A stretch of DNA of 64,000 nt, taken from assembly GCF_006345805.1 (NCBI RefSeq), contig NC_043014.1:5704001-5768000 (forward strand), written 5' to 3'. The stretch comes from Octopus sinensis (taxonomy: Eukaryota). The translations under genes and the position numbers were made by a program. Each line of letters opens with the position of its first letter. The first letter of the stretch is position 1. Below the pieces are notes generated by a model that worked only from the letters and a program-made list of their open reading frames with translations, was not told the origin of the DNA and ran no database searches. Positions 1 through 14,313 of this stretch are shown here, in pieces.

Positions 1-210
1 ATCACCAGTTCTGCTTACCAAATGTGGCCCACTAGGCAACGTGCATTCGTTGGTCGCAATGGCTACGATATACGGCTGCCTCCGATCGGGAGAGGAGCGG
101 CACGCTTTCCCCGTTCCGAGTTCAAGAGTAGATCGTGGCCGTCAGCGTCCCCGGGCCTCCAGTCGTTTGCTTTACCGGACAGAATTGCGCGTTGTTTTCC
201 CGCTGACGCT

Positions 211-249
<39 letters not shown>

Positions 250-1395
250 AACGGCTCGATTGGTCTTTCGCCACTACACTCGGTTCCGACGATCGATTTG
301 CACGTCAGAAGCGCTTCAGATTTCCACCAGTGTTTCCTCTGGCTTCGTCCCGACCGGGCGTGGATCGCCATCTTTTGAGTCCCCGGCCGCATCATACACC
401 TGAGTAGGAGCGGCAACGCAAGCGCCCGGAAATGCAGACGTGAACGCGCGTACTCGACCCGGGACCGATGCCTCGAGGCACTGCGCGCACGCTGGCGGTG
501 ATGACGACGCCCATAGCCGCCGCGACGACCGCCGCACGGGGAGGACGTGTGACGTTATTGCTTTGACTGTGTCATCGGAGTTCGTGAAGTGAAAGGCTGC
601 AACGACTCGCAGTGGACTGGGACTCCTCTGTCCGTGTTTTAAGACGGGCTGGGTAGGTTGCCGATGCTCGTCGCTGAGCGGCAGGTACGCGCGGATTTTC
701 GCGAGGGAGGCAACATGGCGAGGTGCGTTAGCCCATCTCCGTCGGTTAGCCGTGCCATCGATTTCGTGGAGCGACGGGCTCGGTCGAGAGAAGTGCGTCG
801 GTCCTGCCCCGAGCCAGCGGAAGTCAGCAGCGGCGTGGCGCTGCCCTGCGACCTGCGGACTCCACGCAACTAGCGGCTCGACGGGAACTGGTCGTGACGA
901 CAGATCAGGGTGTAAGTGCGTCCGATGCCGGCGTCCCGGAAATCGAGCGCCGACAAGGCAGCAGACCACCGCCCGCGGAACGAGTTTCCTCCAACGGTGT
1001 GACTTTCCACAGACTGAGTCCCCACGAGAAGCAGTGGACTAAGTCCCCGCGCGATCGCAGTGAGTGGTCCTACCCGTTTACCCCTGGGCGGTTTCTCGAG
1101 CTCTTGAACTCTCTCTAAAGTTCTTTTCAACTCTCCCTCGCGGTATTTGTCGGCTATCGAACTCGTCGTCGTATTTATCCTTGGATGGAGCTTACCACCC
1201 ACTTTGGGCTGAGTTCTCAAGCAACCGGACTCTCAGGCCGAAGAAAAACGCCGATCACCGCCGGCTCTGAATGGGACTGCTACACATCGTGCATCACATC
1301 TCTCGACGACGAGATTCGGCGTTGGGCTTCTCCCAGTTCACTTGCCGTTACTTAAGGAATCCCGGTTGGTTTCCCGGTTGGGAATCCTGGTTGAA
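1..1395 (-). pseudogene. Degenerate 28S (LSU) rRNA, 5' portion; continues beyond the window start
   Basis: Reverse complements of conserved LSU motifs are present: gggccac..tggtaagcagaactgg (1-30), tagtagctggttccctccgaagtttccctcagg (~217-249), cccgtcttaaacacgga (~630-646), gttgaaaagaactttagagagagttcaagag (~1100-1130) and ggattccttaagtaacggcaagtgaa (~1336-1362). Substitutions and deletions are frequent, and the extreme 5' end is scrambled. Confidence 0.92.
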
Positions 1396-1764
1396 GATCC
1401 GCAGAGAGGAACGCCGACCGACGGCGGCGGCAAGTGGTGACCACAGAAGGGAGACAGAGGACAGGAGAAGACGAGACACACCGGACGGGCGGTACCGCGT
1501 GCGAAACCGTGCCTCACTTCCGTTCACTCTTCATCGTCGTGTTCTTCAGCGTTTCTGCTGTGCTCCGCTACCTAGTCCGCCGCGGCGCTGCGCAACGATG
1601 ACGGATTGAGCGGCGTGCGCTAGTCAGGCGGGAAGATGGATTGGAAGGATGAGCTGCGGTGACATTGAGCGGTCCGGATGGAAGTGTCCGTCGCCGCTTC
1701 TTTTCCTTCCGCTTCCCCTGCGTGCCCTTTCCTGCGATTCCGCCTTCCGTCCGGATGGGGCCCC

Positions 1765-1904
1765 TGGGACGATGGGATCCCGGGGTCGCGATGTGCGTTC
1801 AAGTTGTCGATGTTCACTGTGTCCTGCAATTCACATGAGTTCACGCGGTTATACCGGTATAACCACGTGAACTCGACAAGCCGGATGATCCCTCGTCCAG
1901 AGTT
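1765..1904 (-). pseudogene. Degenerate 5.8S rRNA
   Basis: Minus strand reads atgtgaattgcaggacacagtgaacatcgacaacttgaacgcacatcgcgaccccggg, a 5.8S signature. The conserved gatgaagaacgcagc segment is replaced by a palindrome. Confidence 0.88.
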
Positions 1905-2425
1905 TCGGTATTTCCTGCTACAGAGTTTTGCGTGTGATATATTACTCGCGAACGACGTTACTGTAAAAGGGGGCGCGACACTCGACGCCACGCGTTGCCC
2001 GCAAAGGAATAAATAAAAAATATAAAAGCAGATGTTGAGTGGCGGCAGTGGACCAACGCGCGACTGCTCCCGGTAGCCGCGACGGCCGGCAGGCGGGCGC
2101 CGGCGAGCGCGGAAGAAGAAAGAAGGAAGACGGAGAGAAAATGAAACGATCGTGAGACATCAAGGTGCGTATCTCCGTCGGCCGAGCGCGCTCGTCGGGC
2201 GGGTGCCGGCTAGCAAAGAAGGCGTCCGCGTTCGGCAGCGAGCGGGCGGCGAAATGCTGAAGGCTATCACCCGCCGCGCGAGCCCTGCACTATTAGAGGG
2301 CCGAAGAAAAGAAAGCGAGGAGTCCATCTGCAGCTTACGATGGGTCGGATCCTTGCAGTCGTCATGGTCGCCGGCGGCAGCAGCAGCGTAGGCGAGCGAG
2401 CGAGCTGGCCGGCTGTAGAAGCAGT
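1905..2425 (-). other. ITS1-like GC-rich spacer; an ITS2-like spacer lies at ~1396-1764
   Basis: Position between the 18S 3' end and 5.8S, and between 5.8S and 28S. GC-rich relative to the flanks. Confidence 0.7.
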
Positions 2426-3660
2426 AATGATATTTCCGCAGGTCCACCTAAAGAAAACCTTGTTACGACTTTTACTTCCTCTTAGCGATCGGGTTCGGTC
2501 GTCTTCGGTCGTCTTCTCCATCAGAGAACTCGCCGACGACGGCGCGGAAACGCCACCGCACGGAAATACCACCGCGCGGAAACGCCACCGTGCCGAAACG
2601 AACCCGTCGTCCGGATCCGAGGACCTCACCGTTCGATCGGTAGTAGCAAAGGGCGGTGTGTAAAAAGGGCAGGGATGTAAAAGAACCGCGCCTACTGAGA
2701 ATTCCTCGTTCACGGGATTGGTTCCAGGCCCCGATCCCTATCACCGGAGGTGGTTCAGAGGTTTCCCGACCCTCTCGGACCGGGGCAGACGCGCTCGCTG
2801 ATACCTCCAGTGTAATGCAACATCAACTCCGGACTTCTAAGGGGCATCACAGTTTCTGCTACCCGTTCCTCTTAGAAGGGCTGCGTTCGCCAACCGACTG
2901 GCCCGAACTCGACTGTGTACCACCTCCATGATCGCTCCACCTACTAAGAACGGCCACGCACTGAATCAAGAAAGAGCTATCCTACCGGTGTCCGGCCCGG
3001 GTGAGTTTTCCTTTTTTGAGTCAAATTAAGCTGCAGGCTCCACTCCTCGTTGTGCCCTTCCGTCAATTCCTTTAAGTTTCTGTTTTGCAACCCTCTGGAA
3101 CCGACTATGGTTTCCTGCGCAGGCTCCCCGCCGTGTCATCGAAATGAACGCCGGCGGTTTGCTAGTCAGCATAGTTTACGGTCGGAAATACGATGGCATC
3201 TGATCGTCTTCGAACCTCCGACTTTCGCTCTTGATCGAGGAAAATATGCTTGCCACACGCAGTCGCTGCAGCGTGTCTTGCGACGATCCAAGAATTTCAC
3301 CTCTAACGTTGTATTACGAGTGGCCCCGATCGCTCCCTTCGATCATTGCCTCGTCGTGAACGGAGACCGACGGATGACGCGCGGACGAGGCCATTTTCCA
3401 TCATTTATGCTTTTCCAATGCAAACCGGCGGGGCTCGCTCTGAGCACTCTAATCTTTTCACAGTAAACGTACCGGCTGCCTCAGATACTCAGCCGAAGAG
3501 TACCCTCGGAGGAACCGTGTGGGTAGAAACGATTGGGAGGTGGACAGGCTACCGCAACGCGAATGGCAACACCCAACGACGCCTAACTCGTGACTCCTAC
3601 ACCGAACCACGCAACGCCGCCGGAGCGACGCAGCGTGAGTGTGAAACGGCACGGAAGAAG
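2426..3660 (-). pseudogene. Degenerate 18S (SSU) rRNA, 3' part (V4 to 3' end), 5'-truncated
   Basis: Plus strand shows antisense SSU motifs: ccgcaggtccaccta..aaccttgttacgacttttacttcctc (2436-2480), gggcggtgtgta (2651), ctaaggggcatcacag (~2837), cccttccgtcaattcctttaagtttc (~3055-3080) and gagcactctaat (~3442). Many internal deletions. Ends in a microsatellite near 3690. Confidence 0.92.
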
Positions 3661-3776
3661 ACAAGGCAGGGTAGTCATTGCACGGTGATCGATATATATA
3701 TATTTATATGTGTGTGCGTGTATGTGTATGTGTGTTTGTGTATATGTGTATGTGGAGGGAAGTGTGTATATATATA

Positions 3777-5799
<2,023 letters not shown>

Positions 5800-6504
5800 T
5801 ACATCGGGAGAGTGAGGGACATATACACACGAAAGAAGAGAGCGCTCATTATCTGTTAACGATTTTAATGTTCGCGTGTATGCGTATGTGTATGTGCGCG
5901 TGTGCGTGCTTATTAATTGATTGATTCTAGTTTCAGCTCACGAGCTGTGGCCATGCTGGGGCACCGCCATTTGGTATTTATATTTATATTCGTTACACAC
6001 ATTCAGCCGGCGAGCATGCCCTGTATTCTCGTCTAAAAAGCTAATGTAATTAAAAAAGACTCCACTAAAATTTACTAACACATGGAAAGAAGAATACGTC
6101 AGATCCTCGTCCAAGAATTTCCCAACATTTGAGTAGAACTCAGTGGCAGGTAAAACACTGACAAAACCATGTGGAACCAACAGCCAATGAGAACGAGCCT
6201 TATTCACATGCATCACAAAGCAATAACGATCAATCTGATGTAGATGCTATGATCCAAACGACCGGTTGTGTTCCTTGCATCTTGGTGTACCTTATATTTT
6301 GCTCCAAACGATCACAAATGCCGTGTAGATCATAGTAAATGAAATAATCCAGGTTGTGTATGAATTGTTATGAAATGTAAACTGATTTGAAATGAACCTG
6401 CTCACCTAGCCAGCGGTGTAACATCATTCAAAAGATAAAAAAACATGCACAATGCATCGTGCCCGGCTATGTGTGACAACGTCCGATAGTTTGATCCATC
6501 ACGG

Positions 6505-6535
6505 GATATATGTGTATATATACATGAATATATAT

Positions 6536-6589
<54 letters not shown>

Positions 6590-6843
6590 GCATGCATACA
6601 CACACATGACATTCATGCATTCATATGTATATATATAATATATATATATATTATATATATATTATATATATATACATATACATATATATACGTATATATA
6701 TATACATATATATACATATACATATATATATATATATACGAATACACACATATGTATTTGTGTGTACATATATACATCGTAGTTGTAGACACACACCCAT
6801 ATATATATATATATGTATGAATGTATGTATATATATATATATG

Positions 6844-6926
<83 letters not shown>

Positions 6927-6987
6927 GTATATATATATATATATTATATATATATATATTATATATATATATATATATATATGTATA

Positions 6988-7035
<48 letters not shown>

Positions 7036-7090
7036 TATATATTATATATATATATATATATATTATATGTATATACATATATATATATTC
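6505..7090. repeat. (TA)n/(CA)n microsatellite block; similar tracts at 4117-4240, 17210-17305, 17745-17900, 35850-36015, 52020-52170, 55395-55510 and 60160-60300
   Basis: Seen directly in the sequence. Confidence 0.97.
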
Positions 7091-8154
7091 TGTGCGAATA
7101 CATATGGGCAGAAGATGGATATTCTTTCTATGATTAAACGCAATGCATAATGAAAATATTTCTACCTGGATCACCTTTCCCCGTCATATTTTATGAGCGT
7201 GCAGTGTAACTCTTTCCAGTATATTCCATGGCGAAACTTAAGTTCTGTGTTTATTTAAAAATGTTTTTCATTGATTTTCTTTTACATTTGGTTTCGTATT
7301 ATCTAAAGACGCTATCTAGATCACCTTGAAAGAAATAATTAGTTCATGCTTGTTTTTGTGTCAACTGTTCTGAAATTTAAGCTGATCTTTTTGTGAATAT
7401 AGATATAACTTAATCTAGAGACAGAAGATGGGTATGATAAATTCACGTGGCAGTAGATACACGTCAGTTTTTTTTTTTTTGTATCAAATGCTAATAAATC
7501 TGAGTTTCTGATGAGGAGTAGATTATTTTAGATAATTAAGCAGCAATAAGCAAAATATGAAAGAAATTTGATACAACATCTGTAAACCAAAATAACGTTG
7601 GTAATGCTGTTATGGATATTCTTATAGATTGCTATCTTTCCTGTTTTTGTTGTTGTTGGTGAACAGTAAGTTAAGTGTCCTTCTCAAATTTTCTTTGTCT
7701 AATGGCAAGACTATCTTAATATATTATTTGTAGCTAAGCCCGGATCTTCACTTCTGTCGGTTTCTTCGTAAAACACGATATTTACAAATGATAAGAAAAA
7801 GGCAAAATTGATAAGAAATATTCCCCAGACAAAAAAAAAATCAGTATGTTTTTGTAAATATATGCATCAACGTATACACATATAACTTCACATATACTTG
7901 TGTAGATACACATGCACACAAATATACACACGCGCACACTTGACCATACATACACGCACATGTACACACGCTTATAGTTGGTCACATACACAGTGGTAAT
8001 TGTTTGAAACCAGGCCACCACTTTAATGATGACACCTTATTTCTGCTTGCTAGTTACAACTGCATCTTTCTTTGTATAAGGTTACTAATTTCATATAGAT
8101 TGAAAAGGACTTTGCAGCATTGATTAACCTCCATTTAGAATAGATAACTCAAAA

Positions 8155-8379
8155 CAGATCCTTACCAGTTAGGATAACACCTCCAGTCCTAACTCAGGAT
8201 AACAGATCATATGAATTGGATCAGAATAGGGATTGTTCTTAAGTGAGAAATCCTGTAATTGTCGGTTCTCCCAACTATGTCCGCTGGATGGGTTTTGATT
8301 ATGTTATAATGTCTTATATAAATGCCGGGTAATAAAAACACATTCCCACCAGGCTAGGGTCTCCATTGGCGGCACTAAT
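8155..8379 (+). repeat. 225-bp direct repeat, copy 1
   Basis: cagatcc...ggcggcactaat is nearly identical to 10670-10894. Confidence 0.9.
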
Positions 8380-9439
8380 CAGATTGCGCATAAAACCGTA
8401 TCTTTCGCTGTTTGAGACTGGTGACAGCAACTAACAAAGCTTTTAGAGACCAACACGTAATTACTAACATACGAATATGATGTTCTCTGGACATACTTAT
8501 TTCCGACATCTTTTGAGCTATTTTTTCACAATGTTTTGTACTACAGTTAAACATATGGAAACCGAAATAATAAAGAAACATGCTAAAGTTTGCAAGAGAC
8601 AACCATTGGACCATATTCCCCACCCCAACACAACCACATTTCTGAACCATGGTCAAATTTTAACTTCACCTCTTACCTATAAATAATAAACGAATTCACA
8701 TTGTTTTCTTTTCTGAGACGTACGCCTGCCGTCCACTTTCATGAATCAATCTCCTAATTCTGGAAAATACTCTGAATTTTAGCATCATTTTGATAAGTTT
8801 TGCATTTGTTTATTCTAAATCGTATCTCACATGTTGTCATCATTAACATAGTCTACCATTTATTCTAGTTCAAAACTTGCCACGCTCATTTATTGAAAGT
8901 TATTTGTTGACTCTGTTGCTCTCCGAGATCCTTTTAGCAACCCACAGATAGTTGTTTGTCCCTTTAGTTGAAGGCTTCTCAGATCTGTTTCAGAGATAAG
9001 TAGGAGAGGTAAAACCATCTTCGACATGCCTCATTATATTCGACATACAACCGATTCATATCCAATTCATCAGCGATTCATAAGCGATTCACATAGCACC
9101 AATAGCTTCATTGCCGTGACACTGAATCTGTACAGGTAGGCAACGTAGTTAATTGACTTTGATTCATTGGAAAACGGAAATAGTTTCACAGCGATATTTA
9201 CTTGGAAGCGTGAAGTTTGGAAAAACCTTGCAGATAATCGTATATACTTGTACAAAACAGTGATCTCAGGTTACTGACCGATCATCTTTCGATAGAATTC
9301 ATTTCTGAGTAATGAATAATATTCATAAAGAATCTGGAAACTTGCTTATCTGAATATGTATTTTTTCACGAGATAATACCCTAATTTTCCTCAACCTTCT
9401 CTCTTTCCCACTGCTTCTCCCCAATTCTCAGTCTCTCTA

Positions 9440-9482
9440 TCTCAATCTCTCTCTCTTTCTCTCTCTCTCTCTATCTATATAT

Positions 9483-9569
<87 letters not shown>

Positions 9570-9575
9570 CCTATA
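9440..9575. repeat. (CT)n followed by (CTAT)n microsatellite
   Basis: Seen directly in the sequence. Confidence 0.95.
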
Positions 9576-10669
9576 TCTTGGTTTTGTCGGTGCTTTACCT
9601 GCCACTGAGATCTACTCAAATGTTGGGAAATTCTTGGACGAGGAACCGACGTATTCTTCTTTCCATTTCTCAGATAAACCAGCACTTGCCTTGACTACCC
9701 GGAGGTTTATATAGGGATAATACTCTTTTCACAGCCACGGGTGCATCCCGACCGTCCGTTAATCGTACTGTGAAGGTCGTCCATAAATTCTTAAAGAATT
9801 ATAATTTCTATTTCATTCGAAAGTAGCACTAAATAGCTAACTTCTTAGAGTAACACTTGGCTTAGATGCTCCCCTATGTTACCCTTACCATAAGCCGAAC
9901 GAGTCCTTACTCTATATAAGTGTCTTGTCTAATCACCCTTGATATGCTATTAACAACATTGTCACTAGAATCGCTGTCAGGATTTCTAGCCTATGAACTA
10001 ATGAGGACACCTTTAATGATCATGCCCCATACTATAACCAGGCTGTCCGGAATAGCGACTTCCTCGAGATCTCATATAATTCCAGTACTGAACTAAAAAT
10101 AAAACTCGCGTTTCTCTTTCCCAGACTGGAATCGAAGCCTGCAAGTCTTAACTCTACCCATCCGCATCTCGTCAACCTACAACTGAATTCCCCATACGGC
10201 CGGTACTTTCCCGATATTCCGGCCACCTCCGAGGCTGAATAATCTCCAACCTTCTCAGGGTAGTCTGCCCATCATTACGTCGCGTTCTAAGCCCGCCAGG
10301 GGCAGAAATCTTATGGTTTGCGCTACCATTCTTTCATCAGGTTAAATCTTTATCCATGCTATTTTCCAAAATCCTGAACTATAATTTGCCATCAAAACAT
10401 AAATACAACTCCCATAATACCACTGTAATAAGTCTTCGATTAAAATACTGTACTCTACAATGCTAAACTTAAGATCTATAATCATCTCTTCCAACGGGTA
10501 CAAACTTACCCACCTTACTGAGGACTCAACGAACTATCCACCCGGACTCCACCCGGACTCCACCATAACTCACCAGATATTACTATGTACTTCGGAAATC
10601 CTACTCACTTCAATAATAGCAACTCTAGTACAAGTAACCTTAACACATGACAGCGGTGACGCCCTCTCC

Positions 10670-10894
10670 CAGATCCATACCAGTTATGATATCACCTCCA
10701 GTCCTAACTCGGGATAACAGATCATATGAATTGAATCAGAATAGGGATTGTTCTCAAGTGAGAAATCCTGTAATTGTCGGTTCTCCCAATTATGTCTGCT
10801 AGATGGGTTTTGATTATGTTATAATGTCTTATATAAATGCCGGGTAATAAAAACACATTCCCACCAGGCTAGGGTCTCTATTGGCGGCACTAAT
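10670..10894 (+). repeat. 225-bp direct repeat, copy 2
   Basis: Matches 8155-8379 with scattered substitutions. Confidence 0.9.
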
Positions 10895-12248
10895 ATATTT
10901 CAAGCGTCGCAGCCGGACTCACCTAAATTTATTCTCAAACGGGGCCTCTAAACTCACTACCTTCCTAGCGACATACATACACCACATCAAGACCTAGAAT
11001 ATTCCCTCTATATATTATCCTGGATCGTAGTTTGTGAGGCTTTTCTGTACAACACCAACCACCGTACTTGTAAGTTGTGTTGCAAGTGTTCGGTCGCAGT
11101 CCTTCACCATCATAATACCTCGTTACTCAATAGGTTCTCTAATATTTTCTCTTGTAAGCACAAATTTTACTCTATTTTTGCTCATTACGTAAAGTCTTCA
11201 TTGTTTTTCTAATCGTGGTTAAGCCCTTACTCATTAGTTCGTTATGCTGGCAGCAATTTCTTTTTTCATCTCCTTGCACCATTCTTCCCATCTCAGCATT
11301 TCTTCTTCCAGCGCCACCACTACCTCTGTTATTTTCATTCATTGCTAACCTTTCCCTCCCTATTTGTATGATCAGCTACCATCCCTAATTGATTTAATAT
11401 CAGCTTAGTCAGACTCTCTTAATCGACAGTGGCACTTCTTTTCACTACACTGACCTTAACGTAACCTTCTTCCTTGCTCTCTTTGTTTCATCTACTCTAC
11501 CCCTTATTTTCTCCTTCTGTCATAGAAATACTCCACCCTCTCCTTGTCTTTTATTCTTATTCTCTATTTATGTTTCTTCTCCCTACGTTGCACATATACT
11601 CTTCTCTCTCGCCCTGCCTTTTATTCTTATTCTTCCTTCTCTCTCTCTCTCTTCAACATTTAAACCTCTGGCACTACTATATGAACTGCTTTTGCCAACT
11701 TTCTCACGATGTGACTGTTTACTGGTTGCATATTCAAGAGCTTTTAAGCATCCCGTCTATAATTTATGAACATTACAATTATTACGTAACTCCCAGCTTC
11801 TTGAAACAGCTGTCGAAATAAGAAATTATTTATTCTACCCTCCCTAGTATTCTGTGTTATTACGCTCTGTGTCAATGTACTTGTGTGTGTATACATACAC
11901 ACACACTCATATCCGCGCATTAGCAAGAATACCCGTCGTCGACTGGGTTGAGAAAAACTACCAAAATTATATTATGAAATATAAATATTGAAAGTTATTA
12001 ATTTAGATTGCATTGAACATGAGGGCCACTATGAATAGCAATGGCCGCAGGACAGTGCCCTGCTGAACCCCGCATTCAGTTTGTGGTTTCTTCGAGATGA
12101 TCCCAATGACCACCGCTACATGGCTACTATCTTTTAGAAAGGCATGTAGCTATTCTACAAATTTTCCAAATAACCCAAGATTTCGGCACACATACATGCG
12201 AGCGCACACACACACACACACGCTCAGTAAAGGAAAGAAAGAAGGAGG

Positions 12249-12283
12249 ATTTAACGTTTCGAGCGGAACTCTTTGTCAGAAAC
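12249..12283 (-). ncRNA. Minimal type I hammerhead motif in a Penelope pLTR fragment (family A), G8-to-A variant
   Basis: Minus strand: gttt CTGACAA a gagt tcc gctc GAAAC GT T aaat. Confidence 0.6.
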
Positions 12284-12354
12284 ATAGGAAAAGGAAAGAT
12301 CCAAAGAAGGGAAGACGGATGAAAAAAAATCGCCAACGATACACGCGCGGTCAC

Positions 12355-12388
<34 letters not shown>

Positions 12389-12400
<12 letters not shown>

Positions 12401-13112
12401 GGCATTATACATACATGCCAGATGGCATTATACATACATGCCACACGCTAAGAGGGACAATTAGTCATTTCTACCAAAAATATTACTAATCCCACCGAAT
12501 GCAATTTTTCAAAGTAAGACATTTAAAAAATATAGACCTGTATCACCGTGATTTCATACTTACGTATTTATCAGCAGGCCTGGATGTATCATACATAAAC
12601 GACCCTGCCTCGCTTAAGTCGATCAGCTAACTGATCAACATCAACGAAGCACATGGGTGAGTTTACATATATTACATCCTGTAAATGTCAGACTTTTACG
12701 AATTGCATTTCGGGAAAGGAAAAGAGTTTTCCTTATTAAGTAGTTGTCCTTAATTGCTAAATTTTTATTCCGAAAAAACTTTTCCTTTCCCGAAATGCAA
12801 TTCGTAAAAGTCTGACATTTACAGGATGTAATATATGTAAACTCACCCATGTGCTTCGTTGATGTTGATCAGTTAGCTGATCGACTTAAGCGAGGCAGGT
12901 CGTTTATGTATGATACATCCAGGCCTGCTGATGAATACGTAAGTATGAAATCACGGTGATACAGGTCTATATTTTTTAAATGTCTTACTTTGAAAAATTG
13001 CATTCGGTGGGATTAGTAATATTTTTGGTAGAAATGACTAATTGTCCCTCTTAGCGTGTGGCATGTATGTATAATGCCATCTGGCATGTATGTATAATGC
13101 CCTCTATATATA
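12389..13112. repeat. Long fold-back inverted repeat: ~335-bp arms with a 54-bp spacer
   Basis: 12389-12724 is the reverse complement of 12779-13112. I found only about two differences. Confidence 0.95.
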
Positions 13113-13529
13113 AATTAATATGTTCAATAAGAAATAATTATTTTCGAAATTTTTTCTCTTATGAGGTTTTCACGCTATCTACCTGACAATTTCTTGTTAA
13201 GTTTTCCTTATTAAGTAGTTGTCCTTAATTGCTATATATATATATATGTAAAAGTTAAAAAAATACACAAACTGGGACAAGAACGTGAAACATTTAGAAG
13301 ACGACAAAAAAACACAGAAGCTCTCAGTCATCAGACAAGAACCAGATCATCTTCGCAATTTCGGCTGATTAATCTTGAGATTGCTCCGATCTGGGCAGCC
13401 ACCAAGGTAAATCTAAGCCAATCGCATTAGATTCCTTGGAAGAAAGCCTCGAAAGTATACAACAGAGTGAAGGAAAACGGACGATGTTACTCGAAAAAAA
13501 ATTCATATATATATATATATATATATATC

Positions 13530-13580
<51 letters not shown>

Positions 13581-13652
13581 CCGGAGTAAACACATAAATG
13601 TGAAACAAGGTGGAAAAAAGAGTACTCAAATACCAGGGGTAGAGTAAAATGC

Positions 13653-13821
13653 TTTATTTAAAAGCAGCAGAAAATTCAACATTCAAACATGTTACTCTGA
13701 GTTTCACTTTCCCGTTCGTCGGACAGTTTTTGCTAGAATTCTAGCCAAAACTGTCCGACGAACGGGAACGTGAAACTCAGAGTAACAGGTTTTGTTGAAT
13801 TTTCTGCTGCTTTTAAATAAA
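13653..13821. repeat. ~170-bp palindrome centred on gaattc (13736-13741)
   Basis: tttatttaaaagcagcagaaaattcaac...gctagaattctagc...gttgaattttctgctgcttttaaataaa. Confidence 0.93.
13747..13793 (+). ncRNA. Type I hammerhead motif (U4C variant), with a mirror copy on the minus strand at ~13688-13730
   Basis: aaaa ctgt CCGACGA acg ggaa cgt GAAAC TC A GA GT A acag gtttt. Stems I, II and III all pair. Confidence 0.7.
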
Positions 13822-13885
13822 ATTTTCAAAGTGTGACCTCGTGTGTACCGTTGGGGATTTTTTCCTCTGTCTTCCCTTCTCCTAT

Positions 13886-13920
13886 GTTTCCGACGAAGAG
13901 CTCCGCTCGAAACGTTAAAC
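13886..13920 (+). ncRNA. Minimal type I hammerhead motif (family A pLTR, U4C variant)
   Basis: gttt CCGACGA a gagc tcc gctc GAAAC GT T aaac. Part of a ~190-bp module (13830-14017) that recurs at 12235-12355, 22390-22595 and 40975-41180. Confidence 0.72.
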
Positions 13921-14313
13921 CCTCTTTCTTTCCTTCTTTCCTGAGCGTCCAATAATATTATATTTGTTCCACGTCCTCGCGTTGTGTTTTTTTGTGTTTT
14001 CTTGTTTGGATTAACTAAATATATATATATATATATATAATTAATTAATAAGGGTGAGAGAATTAGATACTAATTTAATAGTATATCTATTCAACACCAA
14101 GTGGCCTAGTGCTCCGAGAAACCTGGATTATTATAATATTTTATAATATATTATAATATTTTTACAAAATAAATATAAGAGAGTGGTCACTATATGGCTC
14201 ACTCTAGCACTAGTTAATCCAAAAGGTTTCAACCACAAAAATACATGTTTCCCATGAAAGTCAGTACGATTGTTAGCTCACACGGACAGGGCAAATAAAA
14301 AATAACAAAAATA

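Noticed and set aside
22-3466. Many 70-220 aa ORFs in the GC-rich first 3.5 kb
   Set aside because: They overlap antisense rRNA and ITS sequence. GC-rich DNA lacks stop codons by chance, and no protein motifs are present.
14236-14275. Possible extra hammerhead on the minus strand (CTGACTTT..GAAACATGTA)
   Set aside because: The palindromic stem III is present, but G8/A9, stem II and stem I are missing.
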